A DNA stretch of 64,000 nucleotides from Candidatus Latescibacterota bacterium (GTDB taxonomy: Bacteria > Latescibacterota > UBA2968 > UBA8231): the NCBI GenBank assembly GCA_965248265.1, contig CBDFJF010000001.1, positions 896,001 through 960,000 of the forward strand. Reading direction: 5' to 3'. This document shows, one piece after another, positions 28,641 to 38,082 of the stretch. The position numbers and the translations under genes are program-made. The first letter of the stretch is position 1; every line of letters starts with the position of its first letter. Under the pieces are notes generated by a model. It worked only from the letters and a program-made list of their open reading frames with translations, had not been told where the DNA came from and searched no databases.

Positions 28641-29021
28641 CTAATCCTCGGCGTGCAGATGGAAGACCTTGTTCATGATCTTCCACTCCCCGTCGACTTT
28701 GAGCAGCGTGAACAGGTCGGTGTACCGGTGACTGGTCCAGTTATCGAGTTCAAGTCGCATGGTGGCGACTGTGCCAATGACGTCGATGCTGGCGATCCGT
28801 GCTTGGAGCCCGGTCGCTGGACCGTTGTTGTCATTCCACGCAAAGAGTTGCTGGATGGGGCCGGCGAACAGGTCAGTGCCGGCATAGCCGAAGATCGTCG
28901 CACCCTCGTGGAAGGCAAGTTTCATGTCGTCGCCTCTGCCGGTCTTGGCGCCATCGATATAGTGCTGAACGACCTTGGCGATCGCGTCATGCTCGGTCAC
29001 ATTGCTCACTTCAGTACTCAT
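28641..29021 (-). CDS. NTF2-like (putative lumazine-binding family) protein
   Basis: AIAKVVQHYIDG, AFHEGA, RYTDLFTLLKVDGEWKIMNKVFH; AGGAG RBS. Confidence 0.88.
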   Translation of the reverse strand: MSTEVSNVTEHDAIAKVVQHYIDGAKTGRGDDMKLAFHEGATIFGYAGTDLFAGPIQQLFAWNDNNGPATGLQARIASIDVIGTVATMRLELDNWTSHRYTDLFTLLKVDGEWKIMNKVFHLHAED

Positions 29022-29238
29022 GGGTCTCTCTCCTTACTTGGATATGTATGATCTCATGTCCTTGGTCGTTATATACGACCGGTCGTCTTAAATTCAGTCA
29101 AGAAAACACTCAGGCACGGACGAGCCCTCCACGACGGAAGGGGTCAGGCTTGCCAGGAAGGATGCCCTGTGTGGCTTGATCACGTCGTCAGCTCAATGTG
29201 GATGCACGAGCGGGACGCGCGGCTTATTTCAACTTTTC

Positions 29239-29535
29239 TCATACGGCTGCTCCAGGCGTTGATTCGTCCGCATCTCCAATGAGCTCGCGTAGAAAGGACG
29301 AACAGGACGATAGAATGACCCCATGTTTAACCAGATCCCGGAGAAGGTCGAGCCCTTGCTCGCTTGCGAATCCCACGGCTACCGCATCCAGGATGATTGG
29401 TCCATTCTCTTCGAGTTCCCCTTGATAGGCTCGGCACATCTCATCCAGTAGGTCTACCCACGGCCCCACCAACCGTCCTTCCAGTTTGAGGACAACCCGT
29501 CCGTCATGGCGGTTCGTCCGAGTAATTCGCAGCAT
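29239..29535 (-). CDS. STAS-like (anti-anti-sigma type) protein
   Basis: MLRIT..VLKLEGRLVGPWV..ILDAVAVGFASEQGLDLL; paralog of 54151..54417. Confidence 0.8.
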   Translation of the reverse strand: MLRITRTNRHDGRVVLKLEGRLVGPWVDLLDEMCRAYQGELEENGPIILDAVAVGFASEQGLDLLRDLVKHGVILSSCSSFLRELIGDADESTPGAAV

Positions 29536-29560
29536 ACTCTGCGCTCCTTCGTCTGCTTCT

Positions 29561-29869
29561 CTATCGGGTCTTACGAGATTCACACGCCTGGCATGATTCC
29601 TCGGTAGCGCTTGTAGCAGGCCACGCATGCGAAACCTCACCCTGCCTAGAGCGGGGTTCTAGTCGCCGCTCACACACAGCTGACATGGTCGAAACCACAT
29701 AGGGAACGATCACTGTCAGGCCAATTGAAAGCAGTCGACCGCCGCCTAGATCCCCCTGCAGAATCGCGTCTCCGTGATTAATGGCTACGAGGATCGCACC
29801 TACGACAATTGCATATTTGAGCGCGCGCCGTGCGACCGATGGCTCGAGGTAAATGCGAACCCATTTCAC
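29561..29869 (-). CDS. nrtS: NrtS-family small membrane protein (nitrate/nitrite transporter-like)
   Basis: RRALKYAIVVGAILVAINHGDAIL...LTVIVPYVVST; GGAGG before GTG 29869. Confidence 0.75.
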   Translation of the reverse strand: MKWVRIYLEPSVARRALKYAIVVGAILVAINHGDAILQGDLGGGRLLSIGLTVIVPYVVSTMSAVCERRLEPRSRQGEVSHAWPATSATEESCQACESRKTR

Positions 29870-29903
29870 TAGCCGCTGCCTCCGCTGAAGGATCACGTTT
29901 CTC

Positions 29904-30134
29904 TCATAGCTTGTCTGAGTAACTCGACAGCACCATATATCGATCGCCAGACCACGGCCCTCCTTGACGAACCACGAGCAAGTGATCCCCTTCGTGGCCG
30001 CCTCGGATCTCCTCCACCTCTCCGATTATCCAATCCCGCTTGCTGGTAAACCGGACCGTGTCGCCCGGTTCGAATCGCGTATTCGCAAGCCGCCGTGTGA
30101 CGCTGTCTGGTTGAACCGCTGGTAATCTTCGCAT
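29904..30134 (-). CDS. Small uncharacterised 'QGGPWSGDRY' protein, copy 1
   Basis: AGGAGAGG RBS; paralogous to 57808..58026 and 60373..60594. Confidence 0.75.
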   Translation of the reverse strand: MRRLPAVQPDSVTRRLANTRFEPGDTVRFTSKRDWIIGEVEEIRGGHEGDHLLVVRQGGPWSGDRYMVLSSYSDKL

Positions 30135-30170
30135 TGCAGTCCTCTCCTGTGTTTCGGTGTGACGCCTCGT

Positions 30171-30186
30171 TGCAACATCCATACCA
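30171..30186 (-). promoter_or_regulatory. Putative sigma-54 promoter
   Basis: TGGTAT-GGATG-TTGCA on the minus strand, 36 bp upstream of ATG 30134. Confidence 0.72.
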
Positions 30187-30276
30187 CCATACCGCGAGTG
30201 TCCTTAAGTCGTTTTGATTCCAGCAACTTGACAGCTGCCTGACAAGATTCGCTGCGCGCGCAACTCGCTGGCTAGG

Positions 30277-30311
30277 CCCCGAGATTTCGGGAATGTCCGG
30301 AAATATCGGGA
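30277..30311. promoter_or_regulatory. Tandem palindromic upstream activator sites between divergent sigma-54 promoters
   Basis: CCCCGA-GATT-TCGGGA (30277) and TCCGGA-AATA-TCGGGA (30296), starts 19 bp apart. Confidence 0.6.
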
Positions 30312-30411
30312 GCGACACCTGAGCACCGTGGCCCAATAATTTCGATGCGGCGTGCGTAAACGATTGAAAGGAAGCCACTTAAGACCTACCCGGGGGAGCT
30401 TTTTGCACCGG

Positions 30412-30427
30412 TGGCACAGAAGTTGTA
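30412..30427 (+). promoter_or_regulatory. Putative sigma-54 promoter (variant -12)
   Basis: TGGCAC-AGAAG-TTGTA, 23 bp upstream of ATG 30451. Confidence 0.6.
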
Positions 30428-30450
30428 TCACCAGCATCAAGGAGTTCAAC

Positions 30451-32175
30451 ATGGCGACAGGCAACGACAGATCGGAATTCGACATGGGCAACATCAACAC
30501 ACAAGAAACCACCGTAGCGCCGGAATGCCTTCTGAGGACGCCTGCTCTCGTCGGAATATTGGGCGTGCTCGTGGGAGCCGCGGTCGGCCTGTATGCCTAT
30601 TACGGCAGCCGAGCCGCCCTCGTGGATGTCGTCAGCGAGAGCAATCTGAATCTGGCTCGAAGCATCGCCGTGCACGCCGATGCTCTCAACGCCTCGATGT
30701 CAAGACGGGACGTGTTGCGCACGCTGGAAGAGCGGTGGGAGGCAACCGAATCACGATACGCTGGACGTCACCTGTGTGTCATCGACTCGGATGGCACGCT
30801 AGTGCTGGACAGCTCACATCCCGATAACGTCGGCATGGCTGCCGGCGCCGAGCGATTAGTGCACGACGTGAGCGGTGGACCCGAGACGATACAGCAGCTC
30901 ATCGACAGGGGGCGAGATTGGTCGGGTCTGTACAGCACTGATAGCGCTGAAAGAGTCGGTGCTTTCGCCATGAGCTCACGCTCAGGCATGTTGGTAAACA
31001 TCTTCACTCCCGGTGTCGAAATCGATCGCGATGTGCAATCGACGGCGTTGCCATGGGCTCTGGGAGTGGGATTCATGACGCTCGTCGTGCTCCCGATTGT
31101 ACTGTGGCTACCCTATCGGGCGTATGTGCGGTCGCACCGAAACCTCGAGGGCAGAACCGAACAGCTGCGCAGAGAGAATGCCGAACGCAGGCGTCTCGCC
31201 GCATTCCCGAGGGAGAATCCCAACCCGATCATGGAGTGCGATGCCGAAGGAGAGGTCATCTACCACAACCCGACCGCCATGGAGTTGATCGGACAACACG
31301 CCACCGGCCTCACCTCGGCTTTGATCCCGGAGAATCACGCAGCCCTGGTGCAGCGCTGTCTGGCCCAGGGCGAACGAATCGATCCAGTGGAGGTCGTGGC
31401 TGACGGCCGCACGTTCTGCTGGATATATCACCCGATAGCCGTCACCGATACCGTCCACCTCTACGGGCTCGACATAACCGAGCGCAAAGCGGCGGAGGAC
31501 CAGATCAAGAGGTCGCTCAAGGAGAAGGAAATCCTGCTGCAGGAGGTGTATCACCGGGTCAAGAACAACCTGCAAATCGTCTCGAGCCTGCTCCGGCAGC
31601 AGGCGGCAGCGACGGAAGACGAGAAAGCGCGGACCGTTCTCGAGGACAGCCGAAACCGGATTCACTCGATGGCGCTGGTTCACCAGCAGCTGTATCAGTC
31701 AGACAGTCTGGCCCGAGTTGATATGGGCAGATACACCCGGAACTTGGCCAGCTTTCTACTGCCTCAAGGATCCGGTCCAAACGAAATCCGACTGGATCTG
31801 GATGTGGACTCGATCCAGGTCGACCTGGCCACCGCGATTCCGGCGGGGCTCATACTCAACGAACTGCTAGCCAACGCAATGAAGTACGCCTACCCCGAAT
31901 CGTCCAAAGGTGACATCGCTGTCGCCATTCGAGAAGTGACGCCGGGCACCCTCAGCCTGACAGTACGGGACAAAGGCGTCGGTATTCCCGCGCACGTCGA
32001 CCTGAGCGAGCCAAAGTCGCTTGGGCTCCGGCTGGTGCGAGACCTGGCACAGCAACTAGAGGGAAAACTTCAAATCGACAACGACGACGGCACGGCTGTG
32101 ACGCTCACGTTTTCGACAAACGGCCACGACAGCGAAAGCGGGTCGGAGGCGAACAGCGAGGGAGGAAGAAGATGA
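30451..32175 (+). CDS. Membrane sensor histidine kinase, HisKA_2 type, with PAS
   Basis: Two TM segments, FPRENPNP PAS, EVYHRVKNNLQIVSSLL, LILNELLANAMKYA, SLGLRLV. Confidence 0.92.
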   Translation: MATGNDRSEFDMGNINTQETTVAPECLLRTPALVGILGVLVGAAVGLYAYYGSRAALVDVVSESNLNLARSIAVHADALNASMSRRDVLRTLEERWEATESRYAGRHLCVIDSDGTLVLDSSHPDNVGMAAGAERLVHDVSGGPETIQQLIDRGRDWSGLYSTDSAERVGAFAMSSRSGMLVNIFTPGVEIDRDVQSTALPWALGVGFMTLVVLPIVLWLPYRAYVRSHRNLEGRTEQLRRENAERRRLAAFPRENPNPIMECDAEGEVIYHNPTAMELIGQHATGLTSALIPENHAALVQRCLAQGERIDPVEVVADGRTFCWIYHPIAVTDTVHLYGLDITERKAAEDQIKRSLKEKEILLQEVYHRVKNNLQIVSSLLRQQAAATEDEKARTVLEDSRNRIHSMALVHQQLYQSDSLARVDMGRYTRNLASFLLPQGSGPNEIRLDLDVDSIQVDLATAIPAGLILNELLANAMKYAYPESSKGDIAVAIREVTPGTLSLTVRDKGVGIPAHVDLSEPKSLGLRLVRDLAQQLEGKLQIDNDDGTAVTLTFSTNGHDSESGSEANSEGGRR

Positions 32176-33152
32176 GTAAGTCCACCAACAAGACACGAAT
32201 TCTGGTCGTCGAAGATGAAATTCTGGTTGCCCGCGACCTGCAGCACCAGTTGACGGAGATGGGCTACGATGTCCCCGACATCGCCGGCGCGGGCGCCGAG
32301 GCGCTTGAAAAAGTCGAAGTCATCAAACCGGACCTCGTGCTCATGGACATTCGCATTCGTGGCGACATGGACGGGGTCGCGGTGGCCGAACAGGTGCACA
32401 GTCGCTTCCGCATCCCGGTCGTCTACCTGACAGCCTACGCCGACGACGCGACGGTTCAGCGGGCTAAGATTACCGAGCCTTTTGGGTATATCCTGAAGCC
32501 GTTTCAGGAGCGCGAGCTGGAAACGACCATCGAGATCGCGCTCTACAAACATGCCGCCGAGCGCCGCATCGCCGCCGCCCACACGCAGCTACAGCAGGCC
32601 CACGCGAGACTGGGTCGCCAATTCAAGGAGCTCCAGGGACGAGATCGATTAGTGCGATTCGAGATACGGTGCAACGGCCTAGCCGAAGGGCAGACGGAAA
32701 TTCTGGAGGTGGTCGCAGATGTGATGGGTGCGAAGAACGCCGTCCTCTACGAGCCGGACGCCGGGTTGTTGCACCTCGAGGCTGTCGCCACCAGGGAGGT
32801 CGAGTCGGACGAACCGGGGTCACCAGCGCCATCGACTCTCTCGATTCACGGCGACGACCATATCGCGGTCCAGGCCTTTGCCACATCACAACCCCGGCGC
32901 GACGGAGACATGGACGCCATCGCGGTACCCATGACGTTCGGCGAAGCGACGATCGGCGTCATATGGGCCGGCGGCTTCGCCGCAGGGGAGAATGTCAACG
33001 AGGAGGCACCCTACACCTTGTGGCGGCTGGCACAGCAGGCCTCGCTTCTGCTGCGGATGGCGCGCGTCAACGAGGCGATAGAGTGCGAAAACGTCCCAGT
33101 GAGTGAGCTTTTGGAACTCGATGCAGAGGTCTTTGACAACCATGACGCCTAA
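32172..33152 (+). CDS. Response regulator with C-terminal GAF-like region
   Basis: ILVVEDE, LVLMDI, YLTAY, YILKPF; C-terminus paralogous to 45962..46948. Confidence 0.88.
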   Translation: MSKSTNKTRILVVEDEILVARDLQHQLTEMGYDVPDIAGAGAEALEKVEVIKPDLVLMDIRIRGDMDGVAVAEQVHSRFRIPVVYLTAYADDATVQRAKITEPFGYILKPFQERELETTIEIALYKHAAERRIAAAHTQLQQAHARLGRQFKELQGRDRLVRFEIRCNGLAEGQTEILEVVADVMGAKNAVLYEPDAGLLHLEAVATREVESDEPGSPAPSTLSIHGDDHIAVQAFATSQPRRDGDMDAIAVPMTFGEATIGVIWAGGFAAGENVNEEAPYTLWRLAQQASLLLRMARVNEAIECENVPVSELLELDAEVFDNHDA

Positions 33153-34986
33153 CACGATGGAACGGCACAGTGAAGAGGCACCGTATCTCGCTACAAACGC
33201 AGGTGACGTGGCCTCCTTTCTCGCGGAGGTGGAGGATCTGACCGAAGAGACTCCAGCTGCGGAGCCGTCGAGGATGCCACCTCCAGGGAAGGGTTGGGGA
33301 AACGTCGAGCTCCTCGACCCTCGCAAGCCGGGTGAAAGCCTGTCATTCGAAGAGCTGGCAAGCACGTCGATCGGGCTCGAGGTCCTGTACGGCGCTGACA
33401 AGATAGACCCACAGGCGATCGGTCCGGTAAAGGCGATGGCCGCGGCACAGGGAGAGATTCTGGCGCGAGCGGCCGAGGCTGCGGGTAATACACCTGAACC
33501 AGGAGAGCGCGTCGTGCTGACGCGGGAAGGGGAGTACCGCGCCGAGCGCTACGGCTATGTCTGCCTCGTCGACGGCGCTGTGTCGGTGCGCTCGCCAGTG
33601 TGGATGGATGACAACCACATGCATGCCTACTGGCTCGTCCTGGATCCCGAACCACATCCGGTACGGGAGGAGATGATCCGTCAGTGGCTGGATGATTTGG
33701 GGATCGTCGTTGGTATCCGCGCGGATAAGATCGCCGACCTGGTGACGTCGATCCGCTCCGGGTCTCACAAGCGAGGCCTCTACCTCATCGCTGTGGGCCA
33801 GGAGCCCCGGCACGGCGAGGATGCCCAAGTCGAAGTGCTCGTGGACACGCAACGGCGGGCGGGGAAGGTGCGCGCAGATGGCTCCGTCGACTTTCGCGAG
33901 GTCAATTTCACTCCAACCGCGGGGCCCGGGCAGCTCATCGCCTGGCGAACGCCGGCTACGCAAGGCACGGCAGGACTGGATGTCAGAGGCAACGCTCTGC
34001 CCGCAGAGGACGGGGAAAACCGCGAGCTGAGAGCGGGTGGGAACGTGGAAGTGAAACAGAGCGCGGACAAAGAGGAGTATTACTCCAAAATTGCGGGGAT
34101 GCTGCGACTCGCAGAGAATGTCCTTACGGTGGCGGAGCTGCTCAGCATCGGCGGGGATGTCGATTTCCACACAGGCAACCTGAAATTCTCCGGCGAGGTC
34201 TACGTCAGCGGCTCGATCGCGCGGGGGTTTTCGGTAAAGGCGGGGGCGGATGTCACCGTGGGTGGCGCTTTAGAGCCCGGTGCGACCGTGTCGACAAGGG
34301 GAGATATCGCGGTGGGACAGGGAATCGTGGGCCGCAAGACGCGCGTCTTCGCCGGAGGCAGCGTGAGTGCCCAACACGCGCAGGAAGCGACGATCACGGC
34401 GGGAAAGGATATCTCCCTGGGGAGCTATGCCTACCACGCTAATCTTCGCGCCGGCGGCAAGGTCGTCATCGCCCGCAGTCAGGGAGATCGCGGAGGCAGT
34501 ATCATGGGGGGAAAGACGTGGGGGCGCCAGGGTATCGAGACCCACACGGCGGGCACATTGCACGGCATGGCTTCCGTCCTCGTGGCAGGGCTGAGCCCTG
34601 CTCAAGCGAAAGAGCTCGACCGAATCCACACGAGCATCACGGTGAGCAACACCCAGATGGAGCGCATTCTCAACCGGTTCGAGATGCAGACGATCGACCT
34701 CACTCAGATCAAGAACCTCATCAAGGCGGCAACGGGCCCCGCCCGCAAGGTACTGGCCCGTCGGGCGCATCAGCTGGGCCAGGTGGTACAGTCGCATCAA
34801 CAACTGCTCGCCAGGCAGAAGGAGATGCGAGAGCAGCTCGGGGCGGGCCGCAAGACCGAGATTAAAGTGTGGGACCGGGCATTCCCCGGCGTCACCGTCC
34901 GTCTCCGCGAGCACCAGCGGGAGCTCGTCGAGGAGCTCGAGGCACCGCGCTTCCGTATAGTGGAAGAGAAGCTTGTCGCGAAATGA
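33142..34986 (+). CDS. FapA (DUF342) family protein (start uncertain)
   Basis: GSVDFREVN, ATQGTAGLDVRG, GDVDFHTGNLKFSGEVYVSG, AFPGVTV. Confidence 0.85.
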   Translation: MTPNTMERHSEEAPYLATNAGDVASFLAEVEDLTEETPAAEPSRMPPPGKGWGNVELLDPRKPGESLSFEELASTSIGLEVLYGADKIDPQAIGPVKAMAAAQGEILARAAEAAGNTPEPGERVVLTREGEYRAERYGYVCLVDGAVSVRSPVWMDDNHMHAYWLVLDPEPHPVREEMIRQWLDDLGIVVGIRADKIADLVTSIRSGSHKRGLYLIAVGQEPRHGEDAQVEVLVDTQRRAGKVRADGSVDFREVNFTPTAGPGQLIAWRTPATQGTAGLDVRGNALPAEDGENRELRAGGNVEVKQSADKEEYYSKIAGMLRLAENVLTVAELLSIGGDVDFHTGNLKFSGEVYVSGSIARGFSVKAGADVTVGGALEPGATVSTRGDIAVGQGIVGRKTRVFAGGSVSAQHAQEATITAGKDISLGSYAYHANLRAGGKVVIARSQGDRGGSIMGGKTWGRQGIETHTAGTLHGMASVLVAGLSPAQAKELDRIHTSITVSNTQMERILNRFEMQTIDLTQIKNLIKAATGPARKVLARRAHQLGQVVQSHQQLLARQKEMREQLGAGRKTEIKVWDRAFPGVTVRLREHQRELVEELEAPRFRIVEEKLVAK

Positions 34987-35019
34987 CGGATCATATAGTC
35001 CGGTGTGGGATATTCGCTA

Positions 35020-36175
35020 GTGCTCTGTTAAGAAATCGAGCTTGTACTTTGTCGTAAGTCGTGGTATCATGGATACATATGGTGAATCCGTCAGGAGGGT
35101 CATGCTATGTGTCTCCATGCTCGTTCGCCGAACGCGGCGGAGTCTAAGGAACTGGGACGGTGGCTGAAACGGCCTCGCAACGCCGTGCAGATGCGCCGTG
35201 GGCAGTTGATCTCGTTCAGCGCCCAGGGCATGCGCGTCCAGGAGATCTCGGATACACTGCATCTGCATGAGGAGTACGTTCGCCAGTTGATCCGCCAGTA
35301 CAACGAAGGGGGATTGACGGTTTTGCGCACTCGGGCACGTCCGGGGCGTCCTTCGAAGTTGACGCCGGAGGACGAATCCGTGGTGGTGGAAATTGCCACG
35401 ATGCCCCCCCGTGCATTCGGCCAGCCGTTCAACCAGTGGTCGTTGCGCAAGCTGACCGACTGCCTGGTGGGACGGCAGATGATTCCCGAGGTTTCGCATG
35501 TGACCATCGGAAAAATCCTGGATCAACATAAGGTTACCTATCAACGGACGCGCACCTGGAAAGAATCAAAGGACCCGGAGTTTGTCTCTAAAAAAAACGC
35601 ATCAGCCGACTCTACAAGCGGGCGCCGAAAGACACGGTCGTAGTCTGTTTCGACGAACTGGGACCAGTCCAGATCAAGCCGCATGCCGGTGCTTCCTGGG
35701 CCCCACACAAGCGCCCGGTCCGGCATCGGGCAACCTATAGCCGCCACGGCGGCGTCAGCTATTTCTTTGGAGCCTATAACGTCCATGAGGACATCCTGTG
35801 GATGCATCACAAACCCAAGAAACATGCGTCGGTCGTACTCGATTTCCTCAAGGCCATTCGGCTCCGCTATCGCACGGCGGAGCGGATCTATGTCGTCATG
35901 GATAATCTGTCGACGCACAAGACACCGCCGATCCTGCAGTGGTGCCGACGAAACCGGGTCTCGCCGGTCTTCACCGCCACCAACGCGTCATGGATGAATC
36001 GGCTCGAATGTCACCTCACCGCAGCCCATTATTTCGTCATTAAAAACAGCGATCCCAACGATCATCGAGAAGTCGGCCAGCGCATGCAGGAGTACCTGAG
36101 GTGGCGAAACAAGAACACGGACAACGCCAAGCTGGCCAAAGTCCAAAACTCAATGCCCACTCTTTAACAGAGCAC
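35020..36175 (+). mobile_element. IS630-family insertion sequence
   Basis: 12-bp terminal inverted repeats GTGCTCTGTTAA / TTAACAGAGCAC, flanked by TA at 35018-35019 and 36176-36177. Confidence 0.92.
35107..36167 (+). CDS. IS630 transposase, two ORFs joined by a -1 frameshift
   Basis: HTH ORF (RPGRPSKLT, WSLRKL) to A8 run at 35590..35597; -1 frame gives KRISRLY..VVCFDELGP..VMDNLSTHK..ASWMNRLE. Confidence 0.88.
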
Positions 36176-36269
36176 TAGCTCTGTGATATTTGACTTCAGC
36201 GCGGCACAGGCAGTACGCTGTTGGGAGGTAAGACCCAATTGATCAACGCTAAGTGTTCAGCGCCGTCCG

Positions 36270-37991
36270 ATGGCCGAGGCTGCAAAAAAATCCGCTCAGA
36301 AAGCAAGTGCCCTCGCAAGGCTGGCCTCGTTTCCGGAGCAAAACCCCGATCCGGTAATCGAGGTCGATCTCAAGGGCACGGTCACCTATCTCAATCCGGC
36401 CGCCGAGCAGAGGTTTCCGGATCTGAGACAGAAAGGGCTGTCGCACGCGATGCTGGAGGGGTTGCCGTCGATCGCTGCCGCTCTCAGAGATGGCCGGGAG
36501 GAAGCCCTCCACCGTGAGCTCGCGCTCGAGGGTTTCACCTACGAACAAAAGATCACCTATGTAGCGGATAGCGATCTCGTGCGCATTTTTGCCCACGACC
36601 TGACCGAGCATGTGAAGGCCGAGGAGGCAGTGCGCGAAAGCGAGGCGCGGTTCCGCGGTATCTTCGAGCACTCCAACGACGCCATTTTCCTCATCGACAT
36701 TTCGCAGGACGAGATTCTCGACGCCAACTCCAGGGCATGCCGCATGCTCGGATACGAGCCCGAAGAGTTGCTGTCCTTGCCGGTTTCTGCTATTCATCCA
36801 GACGAAATGCCCCGCCTCCAGGCATTCGGCGAATCGGTTCTCAGCGAAGGACGTGGTTGAACCGATGAATTGACCTGTTTGATGAAGACAGGCCAGGTTC
36901 TCTCCGCGGAGATATCAGCTTCCACCGTCGACATACATGGACGTTCGTGCATAATCGCCATTGTGCGTGATCTGACCGAGCACAAGCGAGCCGAGCTCGT
37001 CATCGCGGATGAGGTTCAGGCCAAGTACAATTTCGAGGAGATCATCGGCCACAGCACGAGCCTGGAAGACGCGCTCAAGCAGGTGGAGCTCGTGGCTCCG
37101 ACGGATACGTCCGCGCTCATCGTCGGCGAAACAGGCACCGGCAAGGAGCTGATTTGTCGTGCCATTCATCATCTGAGTCAACGCAGCAAGAAGCCGCTCG
37201 TGAAACTGAACGTTGCGGCCATTCCTTCGGGGTTGATCGAGAGCGAACTGTTCGGTCACGAGAAGGGCGCTTTCACTGGGGCAATCTCTCAGAAGCGTGG
37301 CAGGTTTGAGCTGGCTCACGAGGGCACGATTTTCCTGGACGAGATTGGCGATCTGCCCCTGGATACGCAACCGAAGCTGCTGAGACTGTTGCAGGAGCAG
37401 GAGTTCGAGCGGGTCGGCGGCACACGCACGATCGAAGTCGACATCCGCGTGATCGCGGCGACCCACAGGAACCTCGAAGAGATAGTGCGGCAGGGTGAGT
37501 TCCGCGAGGATCTCTTCTATCGCTTGAATGTGTTTCCCATCTCCCTCCCGCCGCTGCGCCAGCGCCGGGAAGACATTCCCGTTCTCGCCAAATACTTCGA
37601 CAACCGCATTGGCGCCCGCTTTGGACGAGCGCCATGTGGATTCAGCGAGGAGGCCATGGAACGCCTGCTGGACTACCGCTGGCCCGGAAACGTGCGCGAA
37701 CTGGAAAACATCGTCGAAAGAGCAGCCATTTTAAGCGGCGGCATAACGATCCAGCGTGATCAGGTCCAGGTGGACAGCGGCGGCTCGGCTTCAGTGGCTG
37801 ACGACCAATTAAAACCGCTGCAAGAGATCGAGCGAGAGCATATCGTGGCGGCCCTGCGAGCGAGCAAAGGAAAAGTGAGTGGTAAGGGTGGCGCTGCAGA
37901 GCGCCTCGGCCTGAAGCCGAGTACACTGGACTCGAGGATGAAGAGGTTGGGGATCAGCCGCGAGAGCCTGTGGACACATCCATCGACCTGA
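36270..37991 (+). pseudogene. PAS-PAS sigma-54-dependent activator (AAA+/Fis HTH) with in-frame TGA at 36858..36860
   Basis: ORFs 36270..36860 and 36870..37991 share a frame; GRG*TDELTC corresponds to GTGWTDECTC in 46970..49303; GETGTGKE, GAFTGA, WPGNVREL. Confidence 0.85.
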
Positions 37992-38082
37992 TCGCTAAAG
38001 CTCTGGGAACCCACAGAAACGTCGACGAACGCGAATTCCCTCAGCAACGACTGGGTCCTGCCAGTTGGCCAGCCATCTGCGT

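Noticed and set aside
29609-29623. Extra sigma-54 promoter TGGCCTGCTACAAGC for the STAS gene
   Set aside because: Correct GG-N10-GC spacing but poor -12 element and it lies inside the nrtS-like ORF
36858-36860. TGA as selenocysteine or evidence for genetic code 4/25
   Set aside because: Aligned residue is Trp, not Cys, and TGA is a genuine stop for many other genes in the window, including ATGA overlaps
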